Shown here one piece after another: positions 27,517-36,284 of a stretch of 64,000 bases of DNA (position 1 is the first letter of the stretch; each line of letters begins with the position of its first letter). The stretch comes from Solirubrobacterales bacterium (lineage in GTDB: Bacteria > Actinomycetota > Thermoleophilia > Solirubrobacterales > 70-9): assembly GCA_051004675.1 (NCBI GenBank), contig JBPCKC010000012.1, positions 12,232 to 76,231 on the forward strand, in the 5' to 3' direction. The notes under the pieces were generated by a model. The model worked only from the letters and a program-made list of their open reading frames with translations, was not told where the DNA came from and did no database searches. A program made the position numbers and the translations under genes.

Positions 27517-28647
27517 CTAGGCCTGCGCGAGGTCCCGCTCCGGCTCGATTCCGTAGCGGCGACCCGCCGCCACCAGTTCCTCGGCGAGGGGCCAGCGGTC
27601 GGGCGTGACCTCGTCCTGGTCGGCGCTCGCTCCCTTGAGGCGCATGGAGCCGGTGTTGTCGCCGATCTCGCGGATCAGGGCGACCTGCCCGGGGTCGAGG
27701 CGGGCGCCCGGCGGCAGCGCGGCCAGCTCGGCTCGTTTGTCGGCGACCGGTCGGGCGTCCGCGCCCGCCTCCTGGATCAGGGTGGGGACGCAGCAGGCGA
27801 CCGCGGGGTGGGCCAGGTTCCAGGCGCAGGCGAGCTGGATCGGCGTCAGGCCCGCGCGCTCCGCGATCGGTCGCATCCGCTCGAGCTTTCCGAGCCCGGA
27901 CTCGATCCAGCCGTCGGGCCGGAAGCGGCGGTGGTCGTGCTCGCCCATGGGCGTGTCGGGCCGCAGGTCGCCCCACAGCAGACCGCCGTAATCCACCACC
28001 CGCGTGATCACCTTCACGCCGTGGCGCTCGGCGGCGTCGAGCGCAAGCTCGCCGGGCCAGGGTTCGATCGGGTTCAGGATCAGCATCGCCCAGTCGATCG
28101 CGTCGCCGAAGCGCTCGATGCACCGGATGACGTCCAGGGTGAAGCCGTTCGCCGGCCCCGGTGCGACTCCGATCATTCGCGTCAGCCCGGCCTCGCGAAG
28201 CTCCGCGATCCCGTTCCAGACGGTCTCGCTCGCGTATCCCGTGCGGTCGGGGTTGTGGAGGAACAGCAGGTCGAATGAGTCCACGCCGAGACGCTCGAGC
28301 GAGCGCTCGGTCGCCATTCGCAGGTAGCCGGCGTACCCGCTCGGTCCGCGCAGGCGGGCGTCCGTGAACCGCGGGAAACCGCGCGGGCCGTCGCGCTCTC
28401 CTTCGTAGAAGTCGTGGCCCACGGCTCCGACCAGCGAGTACGAGTCCCGGTCGAGCCCGGCCAGCGCCCGTCCCAGCAGCGAATCCGCCTGGCCCTGCCC
28501 GTAGGTGTCCGCCGTGATCACCGTGTCGATCCCGTCGCCGGGCCGAAGCAGCTCCGCGAGGGCGCCGTCGGGCAGCGGTTCTCCGAAGTGCATGAACCGC
28601 CCGCCGCTCCAGGTTCCCAGCGCGGTTCGGGTGGGGTCGAGCGCCAT
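27517..28647 (-). CDS. aldo/keto reductase
   Basis: GIDTVITADTYGQGQADSLLGRAL, DLLFLHNPD and IGVAPGP motifs. Start at ATG 28647 (MALDPTRTALGTW), inside track ORF 27517..28764. Confidence 0.82.
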   Translation of the reverse strand: MALDPTRTALGTWSGGRFMHFGEPLPDGALAELLRPGDGIDTVITADTYGQGQADSLLGRALAGLDRDSYSLVGAVGHDFYEGERDGPRGFPRFTDARLRGPSGYAGYLRMATERSLERLGVDSFDLLFLHNPDRTGYASETVWNGIAELREAGLTRMIGVAPGPANGFTLDVIRCIERFGDAIDWAMLILNPIEPWPGELALDAAERHGVKVITRVVDYGGLLWGDLRPDTPMGEHDHRRFRPDGWIESGLGKLERMRPIAERAGLTPIQLACAWNLAHPAVACCVPTLIQEAGADARPVADKRAELAALPPGARLDPGQVALIREIGDNTGSMRLKGASADQDEVTPDRWPLAEELVAAGRRYGIEPERDLAQA

Positions 28648-28693
28648 CCGGGAAACGCTAGCGCGCCGGAGCTCTCTAACTAGACTCGCCGCC

Positions 28694-31276
28694 ATGGACG
28701 CGGCGACCCGAACGAGGCTCGAGGGGACGACCCGCTGGGACCCCGCCGCCGCCGAGCGGCGCATCTTCGACGCCTGGCTGGCGGGGGGTCACTTCCATCC
28801 ACCGGCGGAAGGGGCTGCCGCCGAGAACTTCTCGATCGCGATCCCGCCGCCGAACGTCACGGGCGCCCTGCACATGGGCCATGCGCTCAACGGGACGATG
28901 CAGGACGTCCTCGCCCGGATGCGCCGGATGCAGGGGCGCAACACGCTGTGGCTGCTGGGGACCGACCACGCCTCGATCGCGGTCCACGCGGTGCTCGAGA
29001 AGGAGCTGAGGGCGGAGGGGACGTCGCGCCACGAGCTGGGTCACGACGCCTTCATGGAGCGAGCGTGGGCCTGGAAGGCCGACTACGGCTCGAGGATCGT
29101 GGAGCAGTACAAGCGCCTCGGCGCGTCGTGCGACTACGACCGGGAGCGCTTCACCCTGGACGAGGGCTACGTCAAGGCCGTCTTCCGCGTATTTACGGCC
29201 CTCTTCGACAAGGGCTACATCTATCGCGACCACTACATGGTCAACTGGGATGTCGGCTCGCGATCGGTGATCTCCGACCTCGAGGTGGAGAACCGCGAGG
29301 TCACCGACACGCTCTATGAGATCGACTACCCGCTGGAGGACGGCGACGGCGTGATCACGGTCGCCACCGTGCGGCCGGAGACGATGCTCGCGGACACCGC
29401 GGTCGCGGTCAACCCCGGCGACGAGCGCCACCGTGACCTGGTCGGCAGGCATGCCGTGCTGCCGCTGGTCGGCAGGCGCCTGCCGATCATCGCCGACGAT
29501 CACGTGGACGCCGAGTTCGGGACCGGGGCGCTCAAGATCACGCCTGGCCACGACGTAAACGACTTCGACATCGGCCGGACGCACGGCCTCGAGGAGATAT
29601 CCGTGATCGGTGAGGACGGCCGCATGACCGAGGCGGCAGGGGAGTTTGCCGGGCTGCTTGTAGCGGAGGCCCAGGAGGCGGTCGTAGGCGCGCTGCGCGA
29701 GCAGGGCCTGGTCCGCTCGGCCGAGCCGTACACGCACTCCGTGCCGTTCTCCCAGCGCTCCGGCGAGCGGATCGAGCCGCTGATCTCGCTGCAGTGGTTC
29801 TGCCGGATGGACGAGCTCGCCGGTCCGGCGATCGAGGTCGTCGAGCGCGACGAGGTGCGCATTCGCCCCGTGCAGTGGCAGCGGGTCTACCTCGACTGGA
29901 TGCGGAACATCCGCCCGTGGTGCATCTCGCGCCAGCTCTGTTGGGGCCACCAGATCCCGTTCTGGTACTGCGACGCCTGCGAGGAGGTGTTCGTCGCGGA
30001 GGAGGGCCCGCCCGAGGGCTGCGGCTCCTGCGGGGGCGAGCTGCGGCGCGAGGAGGACGTGCTCGATACCTGGTTCAGCTCCGCCCTCTGGCCGTTTGCC
30101 ACGCTCGGCTGGCCGGATGCGGACGATCCGCTGCTGGGCGCCTTCTACCCCACCGACTTCCTCACGACCGCGCGCGACATCCTGTTCCTCTGGGTGGCCC
30201 GGATGGTGATGATGGGCCTCGAGTTTGCCGGCGAGATCCCCTTCGACGACGTCTACGTCCACTCAGTCATCCAGGCGCCCGACGGCCGGCGGATGTCCAA
30301 GTCGCTGGGCACCGGGATCGACCCGCTCGACGAGATCGACGTCCACGGCGCCGACGCGCTGCGCTTCGGGCTGCTGGCGATGTCCTCCAGTCAGGACGTG
30401 CGCTACTCCGCCGACCGGGTTCAGCAGGGCCGCGACTTCGCGAACAAGATGTGGAACGCGTCGCGCCTCGTGCTCCTGAACGCCGAGGCCTCCGAGGGGC
30501 GCCCGCGGCCGGCGCGGCCCGAGGACCGCTGGATCCTCTCCCGCCTCGAGCGGACGGTCGGGTCGGTCTCGGCGAAGCTCGACGATTACGACTTCGCGCA
30601 CGCCACGCTTGACCTGTACGAGTTCTTCTGGTCGGAGCTGTGCGACTGGTACCTGGAGATGGTGAAGCCGCGCCTTTACGAGGGCGAGCGGGAGGTGGCG
30701 GAGAACCTGCTGTACGTGCTCGAGCGCGTGCTTGCCCTCGCCCACCCGACGACGCCGTTCGTCACCGAGGAGATCTGGAGCTACCTCCCAGGCGCCGAGG
30801 CGCGCGGCCCCCTCGTGGTCGCGCCGTTCCCCGAGGCGGACTCCGAGCTGATCGACACGGCGGGCGAGGCGGTCACCGCGCGGGCGATCGAGCTGATCCG
30901 CGGCGTCCGGCGCTGGCGCGACCTCGTCGGGGTGGCGCCGCGGACAATCCTTCCCGCGCGGGCGGCCGCGGGCGCCGACCCGGGGTCGCTGGAGCTGGTC
31001 GCCAGGCTGGGCCGGCTTTCCCTGGATGGCGCCGATGGCGACGGGCTGGCGACGATCGGCGAGGTGGAGATCCTCGCGTCGGCCGAGGTCGACGCGGGCG
31101 AGGTGCGCCGGCGGATCTCCGAACGGCGCGCCGAGCTGGGCTCGGAGGTAAAGCGCGGCGAGCGCAAGCTCGCCAACGAGGGCTTCGTATCCAAGGCACC
31201 GCCGGAGGTGGTGGAGTCCGAGCGGGCGAAGCTGGAGGCCTACCGGGCCGAGCTCGCGGAGCTGGGCTCGTCCTGA
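28694..31276 (+). CDS. valS: valine--tRNA ligase
   Basis: PPPNVTGALHMGHA (HIGH-type) and RMSKSLGT (KMSKS), with a C-terminal coiled coil. ATG 28694 is in frame within track ORF 28505..31276. Confidence 0.95.
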   Translation: MDAATRTRLEGTTRWDPAAAERRIFDAWLAGGHFHPPAEGAAAENFSIAIPPPNVTGALHMGHALNGTMQDVLARMRRMQGRNTLWLLGTDHASIAVHAVLEKELRAEGTSRHELGHDAFMERAWAWKADYGSRIVEQYKRLGASCDYDRERFTLDEGYVKAVFRVFTALFDKGYIYRDHYMVNWDVGSRSVISDLEVENREVTDTLYEIDYPLEDGDGVITVATVRPETMLADTAVAVNPGDERHRDLVGRHAVLPLVGRRLPIIADDHVDAEFGTGALKITPGHDVNDFDIGRTHGLEEISVIGEDGRMTEAAGEFAGLLVAEAQEAVVGALREQGLVRSAEPYTHSVPFSQRSGERIEPLISLQWFCRMDELAGPAIEVVERDEVRIRPVQWQRVYLDWMRNIRPWCISRQLCWGHQIPFWYCDACEEVFVAEEGPPEGCGSCGGELRREEDVLDTWFSSALWPFATLGWPDADDPLLGAFYPTDFLTTARDILFLWVARMVMMGLEFAGEIPFDDVYVHSVIQAPDGRRMSKSLGTGIDPLDEIDVHGADALRFGLLAMSSSQDVRYSADRVQQGRDFANKMWNASRLVLLNAEASEGRPRPARPEDRWILSRLERTVGSVSAKLDDYDFAHATLDLYEFFWSELCDWYLEMVKPRLYEGEREVAENLLYVLERVLALAHPTTPFVTEEIWSYLPGAEARGPLVVAPFPEADSELIDTAGEAVTARAIELIRGVRRWRDLVGVAPRTILPARAAAGADPGSLELVARLGRLSLDGADGDGLATIGEVEILASAEVDAGEVRRRISERRAELGSEVKRGERKLANEGFVSKAPPEVVESERAKLEAYRAELAELGSS

Positions 31277-32517
31277 GGGGCCGCCGCTTCGACGCCGAGG
31301 CCTACCTGCGGGGGCTCGACGCCGTCGGTTGGCGCTTCGGCCTGGAGCGCATCCGCGCGCTCACCTCGGTGCTGGGTATGCCCCAGCGCCGATACGCCTC
31401 GATCCACGTGGTGGGCACGAACGGGAAGTCCTCGGTGACCACCCTCACGGCCGCGCTCCTTGAGCGCGGGGGGCTGAGGGCGGGCGCCTACCTCTCGCCC
31501 CACGCCGAACGCTGGTCGGAGCGGGTGCTGATCGGCGGGGCGGAGATCGGCGAGCGGGATTTCGCCGTGGCGGTGGAGCGGGTGGCCCAGGCGATCCCGG
31601 CGGTCGAGCGGGGCCTCAAGGACGGCGACGTGGTGACCCAGTTCGAGGCGGCCACGGCGGCGGCGTTCGTCGCGTTCGCGGCCGCGGGCGTAGAGGTGGC
31701 GGTGGTCGAGGCGGGCCTGGGCGGCCGGCTGGACGCCACGAACGTGCTGTCGTCCCGCGTGACCGCCCTCACCTCGATCGGGCTCGAGCACACGCAGTAC
31801 CTGGGGGAGAGCGCGCTCGAGATCGCCGGCGAGAAGCTCGACGTGCTGAGCGAGCACTCGGCCCTCGTGATCGGGACGCTCCCCGACGAGGTCGAGGCGC
31901 TGGCTCGCCGGACCGCCGCCGAGCGCCACGCGCGGGTCGTGGACGCCTCCGGCCCGGTCGTGGTCCCGGCCTTCGCGGGCCGGGGCCCCTACCTGGCCCG
32001 CAACCTCGCGGTCGCATTGGCCGCCGCGCAGGAGATCGCCGGCCCCCTGCCCCCCGAGCTGGCCGAGGAGGTCGCTTCGACGGCGCCTCTGCCCGGCCGG
32101 GTGGAGGTCAGACACGGCGATCCGGACGTCGTCTTCGACGCCGCGCACAACCCGCACGGCGCGGGGGCGCTCGCCGAGGCGCTGGCGGACATCGCCGCGG
32201 ACCGGCCGATCGTCGCCTGCATCGCGATCCTCGAGGGCAAGAACGCCGAGGGGATTCTCGCCGCCCTCGCGCCGTGCTTGGCGGGGGCGGTCTTGACCGA
32301 GGTCCCGCCGGGCCGGCTGCAGGGCTCGGGGCGCCCCGGTAGCGCCTCCATCGCGGCTGGCGAGTTGCGGAGGCTGGCGCTCGCGGCGGGCATCCCGGAG
32401 GCGGAGGCCGTTGGCGAGCCCGGCCCGGCGATCGCCCGGGCGATCGAGCGTGCGCGAGAGCGGTCCGGGGTGGCGCTCGTGGCCGGATCGCATTACCTTC
32501 TGCGCTATGGATCGTGA
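31273..32517 (+). CDS. folC: folylpolyglutamate synthase / dihydrofolate synthase (start uncertain, CTG proposed)
   Basis: P-loop HVVGTNGKSS, preceded by the conserved AEAYLRGL...GLERIRALTSVLGMPQR helix. The first canonical in-frame start (GTG 31369) would delete that helix. CTG 31273 overlaps the valS TGA as CTGA. Confidence 0.85.
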   Translation: MRGRRFDAEAYLRGLDAVGWRFGLERIRALTSVLGMPQRRYASIHVVGTNGKSSVTTLTAALLERGGLRAGAYLSPHAERWSERVLIGGAEIGERDFAVAVERVAQAIPAVERGLKDGDVVTQFEAATAAAFVAFAAAGVEVAVVEAGLGGRLDATNVLSSRVTALTSIGLEHTQYLGESALEIAGEKLDVLSEHSALVIGTLPDEVEALARRTAAERHARVVDASGPVVVPAFAGRGPYLARNLAVALAAAQEIAGPLPPELAEEVASTAPLPGRVEVRHGDPDVVFDAAHNPHGAGALAEALADIAADRPIVACIAILEGKNAEGILAALAPCLAGAVLTEVPPGRLQGSGRPGSASIAAGELRRLALAAGIPEAEAVGEPGPAIARAIERARERSGVALVAGSHYLLRYGS

Positions 32518-32626
32518 GGCTCGCTCCGAGCTGCTCCACATGATGGGCCTGGTCGCGGCCGTGGTCGCGATCGTGATCCTCGTCTTCTTCGGCCTCGGCT
32601 ACCTGTTCGGGAGGATGTTCCTGTAA
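32507..32626 (+). CDS. possible 39-aa membrane protein
   Basis: MDREARSELLHMMGLVAAVVAIVILVFFGLGYLFGRMFL. Overlaps the folC 3' end by 11 nt. No SD. Confidence 0.35.
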   Translation: MDREARSELLHMMGLVAAVVAIVILVFFGLGYLFGRMFL

Positions 32627-32722
32627 GGATTCCCCGCCCCACCGCCGCGGCACAATCGCTCCGCGGATGGGCGCCCGCCTGCGCGTAGCGCCCGCCGTAT
32701 TACCTACACTGCCCGCTCGCCC

Positions 32723-33478
32723 ATGCCCGCAGCCCTCTTCGGCATCACGAATGACGGCCTCAACCTGGCCGTCAACCTGATCGTCCTCTTCCTGGTGATG
32801 ATCTACATCGCGCTGATCGTGTGGACCTTCTTCGACGCACGGCGCCGGCTGGCGGACGACTTCTTGGTGGGTGTTGCGACGGTGGTCTCATTCGCTCCCT
32901 TCGTCGGACCGCTGATCTACTCGATCGTGCGCCCACCGGAGTTCCTGGCGGACAAGCGCGAGCGCGAGCTGGAGACCCGCTCCGCCGAGCTGCGCGTGCG
33001 TCAGCTCGAGGAGTCCTCGTGCCCCAAGTGCTCCTTCCCGATCGAGCGCACCTACCTGCGCTGCCCCAGCTGCAAGGCCCGCGTCAAGGACCCCTGCGAG
33101 GCGTGCGGCAAGCCGATCGACCCGCGCTGGTCGCTGTGTCCGTACTGTGAGACGGCCGTCCGCCGCGCCGCCCCCCCCGCGGGGAAGGCCGCTCCCAAGC
33201 GCCGCGCCAAGGCGCCGGCGGGGAGTCGCCCGAAGGCCCCGGCGCCCGCCGGCGGGGAGCGCCGCCGCAAGGCGCCCTCCGAGGCGGCCCGCCGCGTAGC
33301 GGCCTCTGGCGAGCAGCGCAAGCCGGCCTCCTCCCGCCAGTCCTCCGAGCGCCAGGCGCGGCCCGCCAAGTCACGCCCCGCCGCGAAGCAGCGCCCCTCC
33401 TCCGACGAGGGCGCCGCGCCGAAGCAGCAGGCCCCCGCCGACGGGGGCGACGAGCGGTCGCGCCCCGCGACCACGTGA
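32723..33478 (+). CDS. membrane-anchored zinc-ribbon protein with basic Ala/Pro/Lys/Arg tail
   Basis: Two N-terminal TM helices (PLDc_N-like, ..[19 protein letters not shown]), then [37 protein letters not shown], then a low-complexity basic tail. Confidence 0.75.
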   Translation: MPAALFGITNDGLNLAVNLIVLFLVMIYIALIVWTFFDARRRLADDFLVGVATVVSFAPFVGPLIYSIVRPPEFLADKRERELETRSAELRVRQLEESSCPKCSFPIERTYLRCPSCKARVKDPCEACGKPIDPRWSLCPYCETAVRRAAPPAGKAAPKRRAKAPAGSRPKAPAPAGGERRRKAPSEAARRVAASGEQRKPASSRQSSERQARPAKSRPAAKQRPSSDEGAAPKQQAPADGGDERSRPATT

Positions 33479-33891
33479 GCGATCCCGCCCGCACGCTGAT
33501 CCTGGTCAAGCCCGACGCCTTCGAGCGCGGGCTGACGGGCGAGGTCCTGGCCCGCTTCGAGCGCAAGGGGCTGCGCATCGCCGCGCTCCGCCTGCTCCAG
33601 GCCGACGAGGACATCGCCAACCGCCACTACGCCGAACACACGGACAAGCCGTTCTTCGGCGAGTTGGTGGAGTTCATCACCGGGGGCCCGCTGGTGGCCG
33701 CGGTTCTCGAGGGGGTCGAGGCGGTGGCCGCCGCGCGCCAGCTCATCGGCGCCACCAACCCGGTCGAGGCCGCCACGGGCTCGATCCGCGGCGACCTCGG
33801 ACTCGAAGTCACCTTCAACCTCGTGCACGGCTCCGACTCCGACTCCTCGGCCGCGCGCGAGATCGAGATCTGGTTCCCAGACGGCGTCTGA
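33475..33891 (+). CDS. ndk: nucleoside-diphosphate kinase
   Basis: [29 protein letters not shown] and NLVHGSDS motifs. GTGA overlap with the previous gene. Confidence 0.95.
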   Translation: MSDPARTLILVKPDAFERGLTGEVLARFERKGLRIAALRLLQADEDIANRHYAEHTDKPFFGELVEFITGGPLVAAVLEGVEAVAAARQLIGATNPVEAATGSIRGDLGLEVTFNLVHGSDSDSSAAREIEIWFPDGV

Positions 33892-34526
33892 TCCTGGCCT
33901 CGGCCTCTCCGCGAAGGCGCGAGCTGCTGAGCGGGGCCGGGGTCGAGTATGAGGCGGTCGTCCCCGAGGTGGAGGAGCTGCGGGACGGGCTTCCTCCCGA
34001 GGAACTCGTGGTGGAGAACGCGAGGCGCAAGGCGGTCGCTGGATTGGCGCTGGTGAGGGCTGGTGAGGGCGACGTGACGCTGGGGGTGGATACCGATGTG
34101 TTCCTGGCGGGTCGGGCGCTGGGGAAGGCCGTAACGGAGCCCGAGGCCCGAAAACGCCTCGAGGCCCTGTCGGGTCGCACCCACGAGGTCCTCTCCGGCG
34201 TCGCCCTCGCCCGCCAACCCGCCGAGAAAACCCATACGGGGCATGCAAAACCTCGGCGGGTTGTGGCTCGGGCTCCCTCGCTGACTACCGGCGTCGCGAG
34301 GTCATCCGTCACGTTTCGCGCCCTCGACGCGCCCACCCTCGAGCGCTATCTGGCCAGCGGCGAATGGCGCGACCGGGCCGGGGCCTACGCCATCCAGGGC
34401 CTCGGGTCTTCGCTCGTCGAACACTTGGAGGGAGATTTCTCCAACGTCGTGGGCCTGCCCTTGCAACTGCTCGAGGACCTTGCTCCGGAGCTGTTTCGCG
34501 GGATTTCCAGCGGGTCCGCGGGATAA
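33888..34526 (+). CDS. maf: Maf-like nucleoside triphosphate pyrophosphatase (CTG or ATC start proposed; carries a 16-aa palindrome-encoded insert)
   Basis: [20 protein letters not shown] and [10 protein letters not shown] motifs. There is no ATG/GTG/TTG in frame for at least 117 nt upstream, and the first one downstream (GTG 33969) removes the SPRR motif. CTG 33888 overlaps the ndk TGA as CTGA. Confidence 0.85.
   Translation: MILASASPRRRELLSGAGVEYEAVVPEVEELRDGLPPEELVVENARRKAVAGLALVRAGEGDVTLGVDTDVFLAGRALGKAVTEPEARKRLEALSGRTHEVLSGVALARQPAEKTHTGHAKPRRVVARAPSLTTGVARSSVTFRALDAPTLERYLASGEWRDRAGAYAIQGLGSSLVEHLEGDFSNVVGLPLQLLEDLAPELFRGISSGSAG
34213..34267. repeat. inverted repeat inside maf (11-bp perfect arms AACCCGCCGAG / CTCGGCGGGTT)
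   Basis: Arms at 34216-34226 and 34252-34262 with a 25-nt A/T-richer loop. The 48-nt core (34215-34262) is a multiple of 3 and encodes [16 protein letters not shown] using aaa, cat, gca, aaa and cct codons. Confidence 0.8.
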
Positions 34527-34585
34527 CCGAAAAACTCTATATCTCAGGCTTACCCTTAGATCTGATCCAAGCCCTCAAGTTCGGC

Positions 34586-34613
34586 TTGCGGCTTCCCCTG
34601 CCTTTGCTACATT
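34586..34613 (+). promoter_or_regulatory. promoter candidate TTGCGG-N16-TACATT upstream of mreC
   Basis: Lies in the lower-GC 259-nt spacer between maf and mreC. It would give a leader of about 165 nt. Confidence 0.3.
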
Positions 34614-34785
34614 CGCCCGGCGGTGCGGCCATCGCGACGACCCGGTCAAGGCTCTACCCCGGGGCGCGGAGAACACCTCCGGGCCGGTCGCGCCGCTTCA
34701 CCGAACCTCGATGAGCACTCCCACACCCACACGCACGCGGATGACCCGCCGTCGGCGCCTTGGCGACGCCGTCGCCTAGGCCGGC

Positions 34786-35661
34786 GTGTACCGCAAGGAG
34801 GTTCGCCGCCGGCGCGCGGTGCTCGTCGCGCTCATCGTCGCTTCGCTGGTGATCCTCTCGATCAGCTTCTCCGAGGGGGGCAGCGGGCCGCTGAGCTCGA
34901 TCCAGCGGGGGATCTCGGCGGCGCTCGGGCCCGTCGAGGAGGGCGCCTCGCGCGCGCTGAAGCCCGCTCGTGACCTCGTGAACTGGTTCGACGAGACATT
35001 CGACGCGCGCGGCGACAACGACGATCTGCGCGCCGAGGTGGCCGAGCTCCGCGAACAGTTCGCCGACGCGCAGGAGGCGACCGCCGAGAACGAGCAGTTC
35101 CGCAAGCTCCTCGGGCTGGAGGAGCAGAACGCCGCGCTCGCCGCGTACAAGCGCGTAACCGGCCGCGTAATCGGGCGCTCGCCGACCTTGTGGTACTCCA
35201 CCGTCACGATCGACGTGGGGTCGGGCGCGGGAGTCGAGGTGGACGACCCCGTGATCAACGGCGACGGTCTGGTGGGCCGGGTGACCCAGACCACCCGTGG
35301 CGCAGCGCAGGTCACGCTCATCACCGACCACCGCAGCGCGGTCTCGGCGAGCCTGCTGCCCGAGGGCCCCGACGGCGTGGTCGAGCCCGAGGTGGGCGAC
35401 CCCGAGGACCTGTTGTTGGACTTCATCGCCAACGACGAGGAGGTTCGCGAGGGTCAGATCCTCGTCACCGCCGGGTGGTCGAGCGGCCGGATCTCCTCCG
35501 CCTACCCCTACGGGCTCGAGATCGGCCGCGTCTCCGAGGCCAGCGCGGGCGAGCAGGAGAACTTCCAGCAGGTCCACGTCGAGCCATTCGCCGACATGCG
35601 CGAGCTCGACTTCCTGCAGGTCCTGACCGGCGGGCCGGACCGCCCAGTGGTGTTCGAGTGA
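34786..35661 (+). CDS. mreC: rod shape-determining protein MreC
   Basis: N-terminal TM helix, coiled coil (LRAEVAELREQFADAQE..ENEQFRKLLGL), then GRVIGRSP...VTIDVGSGAGVEVDDPVINGDGLVGRVT. GTG start behind AAGGAGG-like sequence. Confidence 0.88.
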   Translation: MYRKEVRRRRAVLVALIVASLVILSISFSEGGSGPLSSIQRGISAALGPVEEGASRALKPARDLVNWFDETFDARGDNDDLRAEVAELREQFADAQEATAENEQFRKLLGLEEQNAALAAYKRVTGRVIGRSPTLWYSTVTIDVGSGAGVEVDDPVINGDGLVGRVTQTTRGAAQVTLITDHRSAVSASLLPEGPDGVVEPEVGDPEDLLLDFIANDEEVREGQILVTAGWSSGRISSAYPYGLEIGRVSEASAGEQENFQQVHVEPFADMRELDFLQVLTGGPDRPVVFE

Positions 35662-36284
35662 TCGTCACGCCCCGCATCGGCCTGCGGATCGCCCTCATCG
35701 TCCTGGCCGGGGTCGTCCTCCAGGTCTCCTTCTTCTCGTACCTGTCGCTGCTGGGGGCCACCCCGGACGCGCTCGCGGTCGTGATCGTCTGCCTCGGCCT
35801 GCTGGGCGGAGGGGTGATCGGAGCCGTCTGCGGGTTCGCCGCCGGCATCGTCCTCGACTCGGTGCTCCTCCAGACGCTGGGCGTCTCCTCGCTCGTCCTC
35901 CTGGGCGCCGGATATCTGGCGGGTCGCTACCGCGAGGGGTTTGAGATCTCCTCGCCGCTGGTCGCTCCGCTTCTGGCGGGCGCGCTCACCGCGTTCGCCG
36001 CCCTGGGCTTCGGCGCGATCCAGCTCATGCTGGGAGTCGAGACCCAGGTCAGCCTGCTGGTGGTACGCGAAGTCGTCGTCAAGGGCCTGCTGGCGTTCCT
36101 GTTCGCGCTCGCGATCTACCCGCTGCTGCGGCGCATTCTGCGCCCCGCGCTCGTCGATGTGCCCGTCCCCGCCCGGCGCCGGCTGCTCTCGCGAGCGCGG
36201 GTGCGCCGCCGCGAGCGCGGCCGCCGCGGCCAGGCCCGCCTGAGCGGCGTGGCCGCCCGCCGCGTGAGAGGTGGACTCACGTGA
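35658..36284 (+). CDS. mreD: rod shape-determining protein MreD (with Arg-rich tail)
   Basis: Five or so TM helices directly after mreC, with a GTGA overlap. Called from position plus topology. The C-terminal ~45 aa are Arg-rich. Confidence 0.65.
   Translation: MIVTPRIGLRIALIVLAGVVLQVSFFSYLSLLGATPDALAVVIVCLGLLGGGVIGAVCGFAAGIVLDSVLLQTLGVSSLVLLGAGYLAGRYREGFEISSPLVAPLLAGALTAFAALGFGAIQLMLGVETQVSLLVVREVVVKGLLAFLFALAIYPLLRRILRPALVDVPVPARRRLLSRARVRRRERGRRGQARLSGVAARRVRGGLT

Noticed and set aside
28648-28693. T-box or other leader upstream of valS (and of leuS, 59978-60073)
   Set aside because: The spacers are only 46 and about 96 nt. They lack a specifier/T-box core (AGGGUGGNACCGCG-like sequence) and terminator/antiterminator pairs.
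34527-34785. mreB pseudogene remnant in the maf-mreC spacer
   Set aside because: 259 nt is far too short. None of the three forward frames shows actin/MreB phosphate-binding or adenosine motifs. It is kept only as a missing-gene observation.
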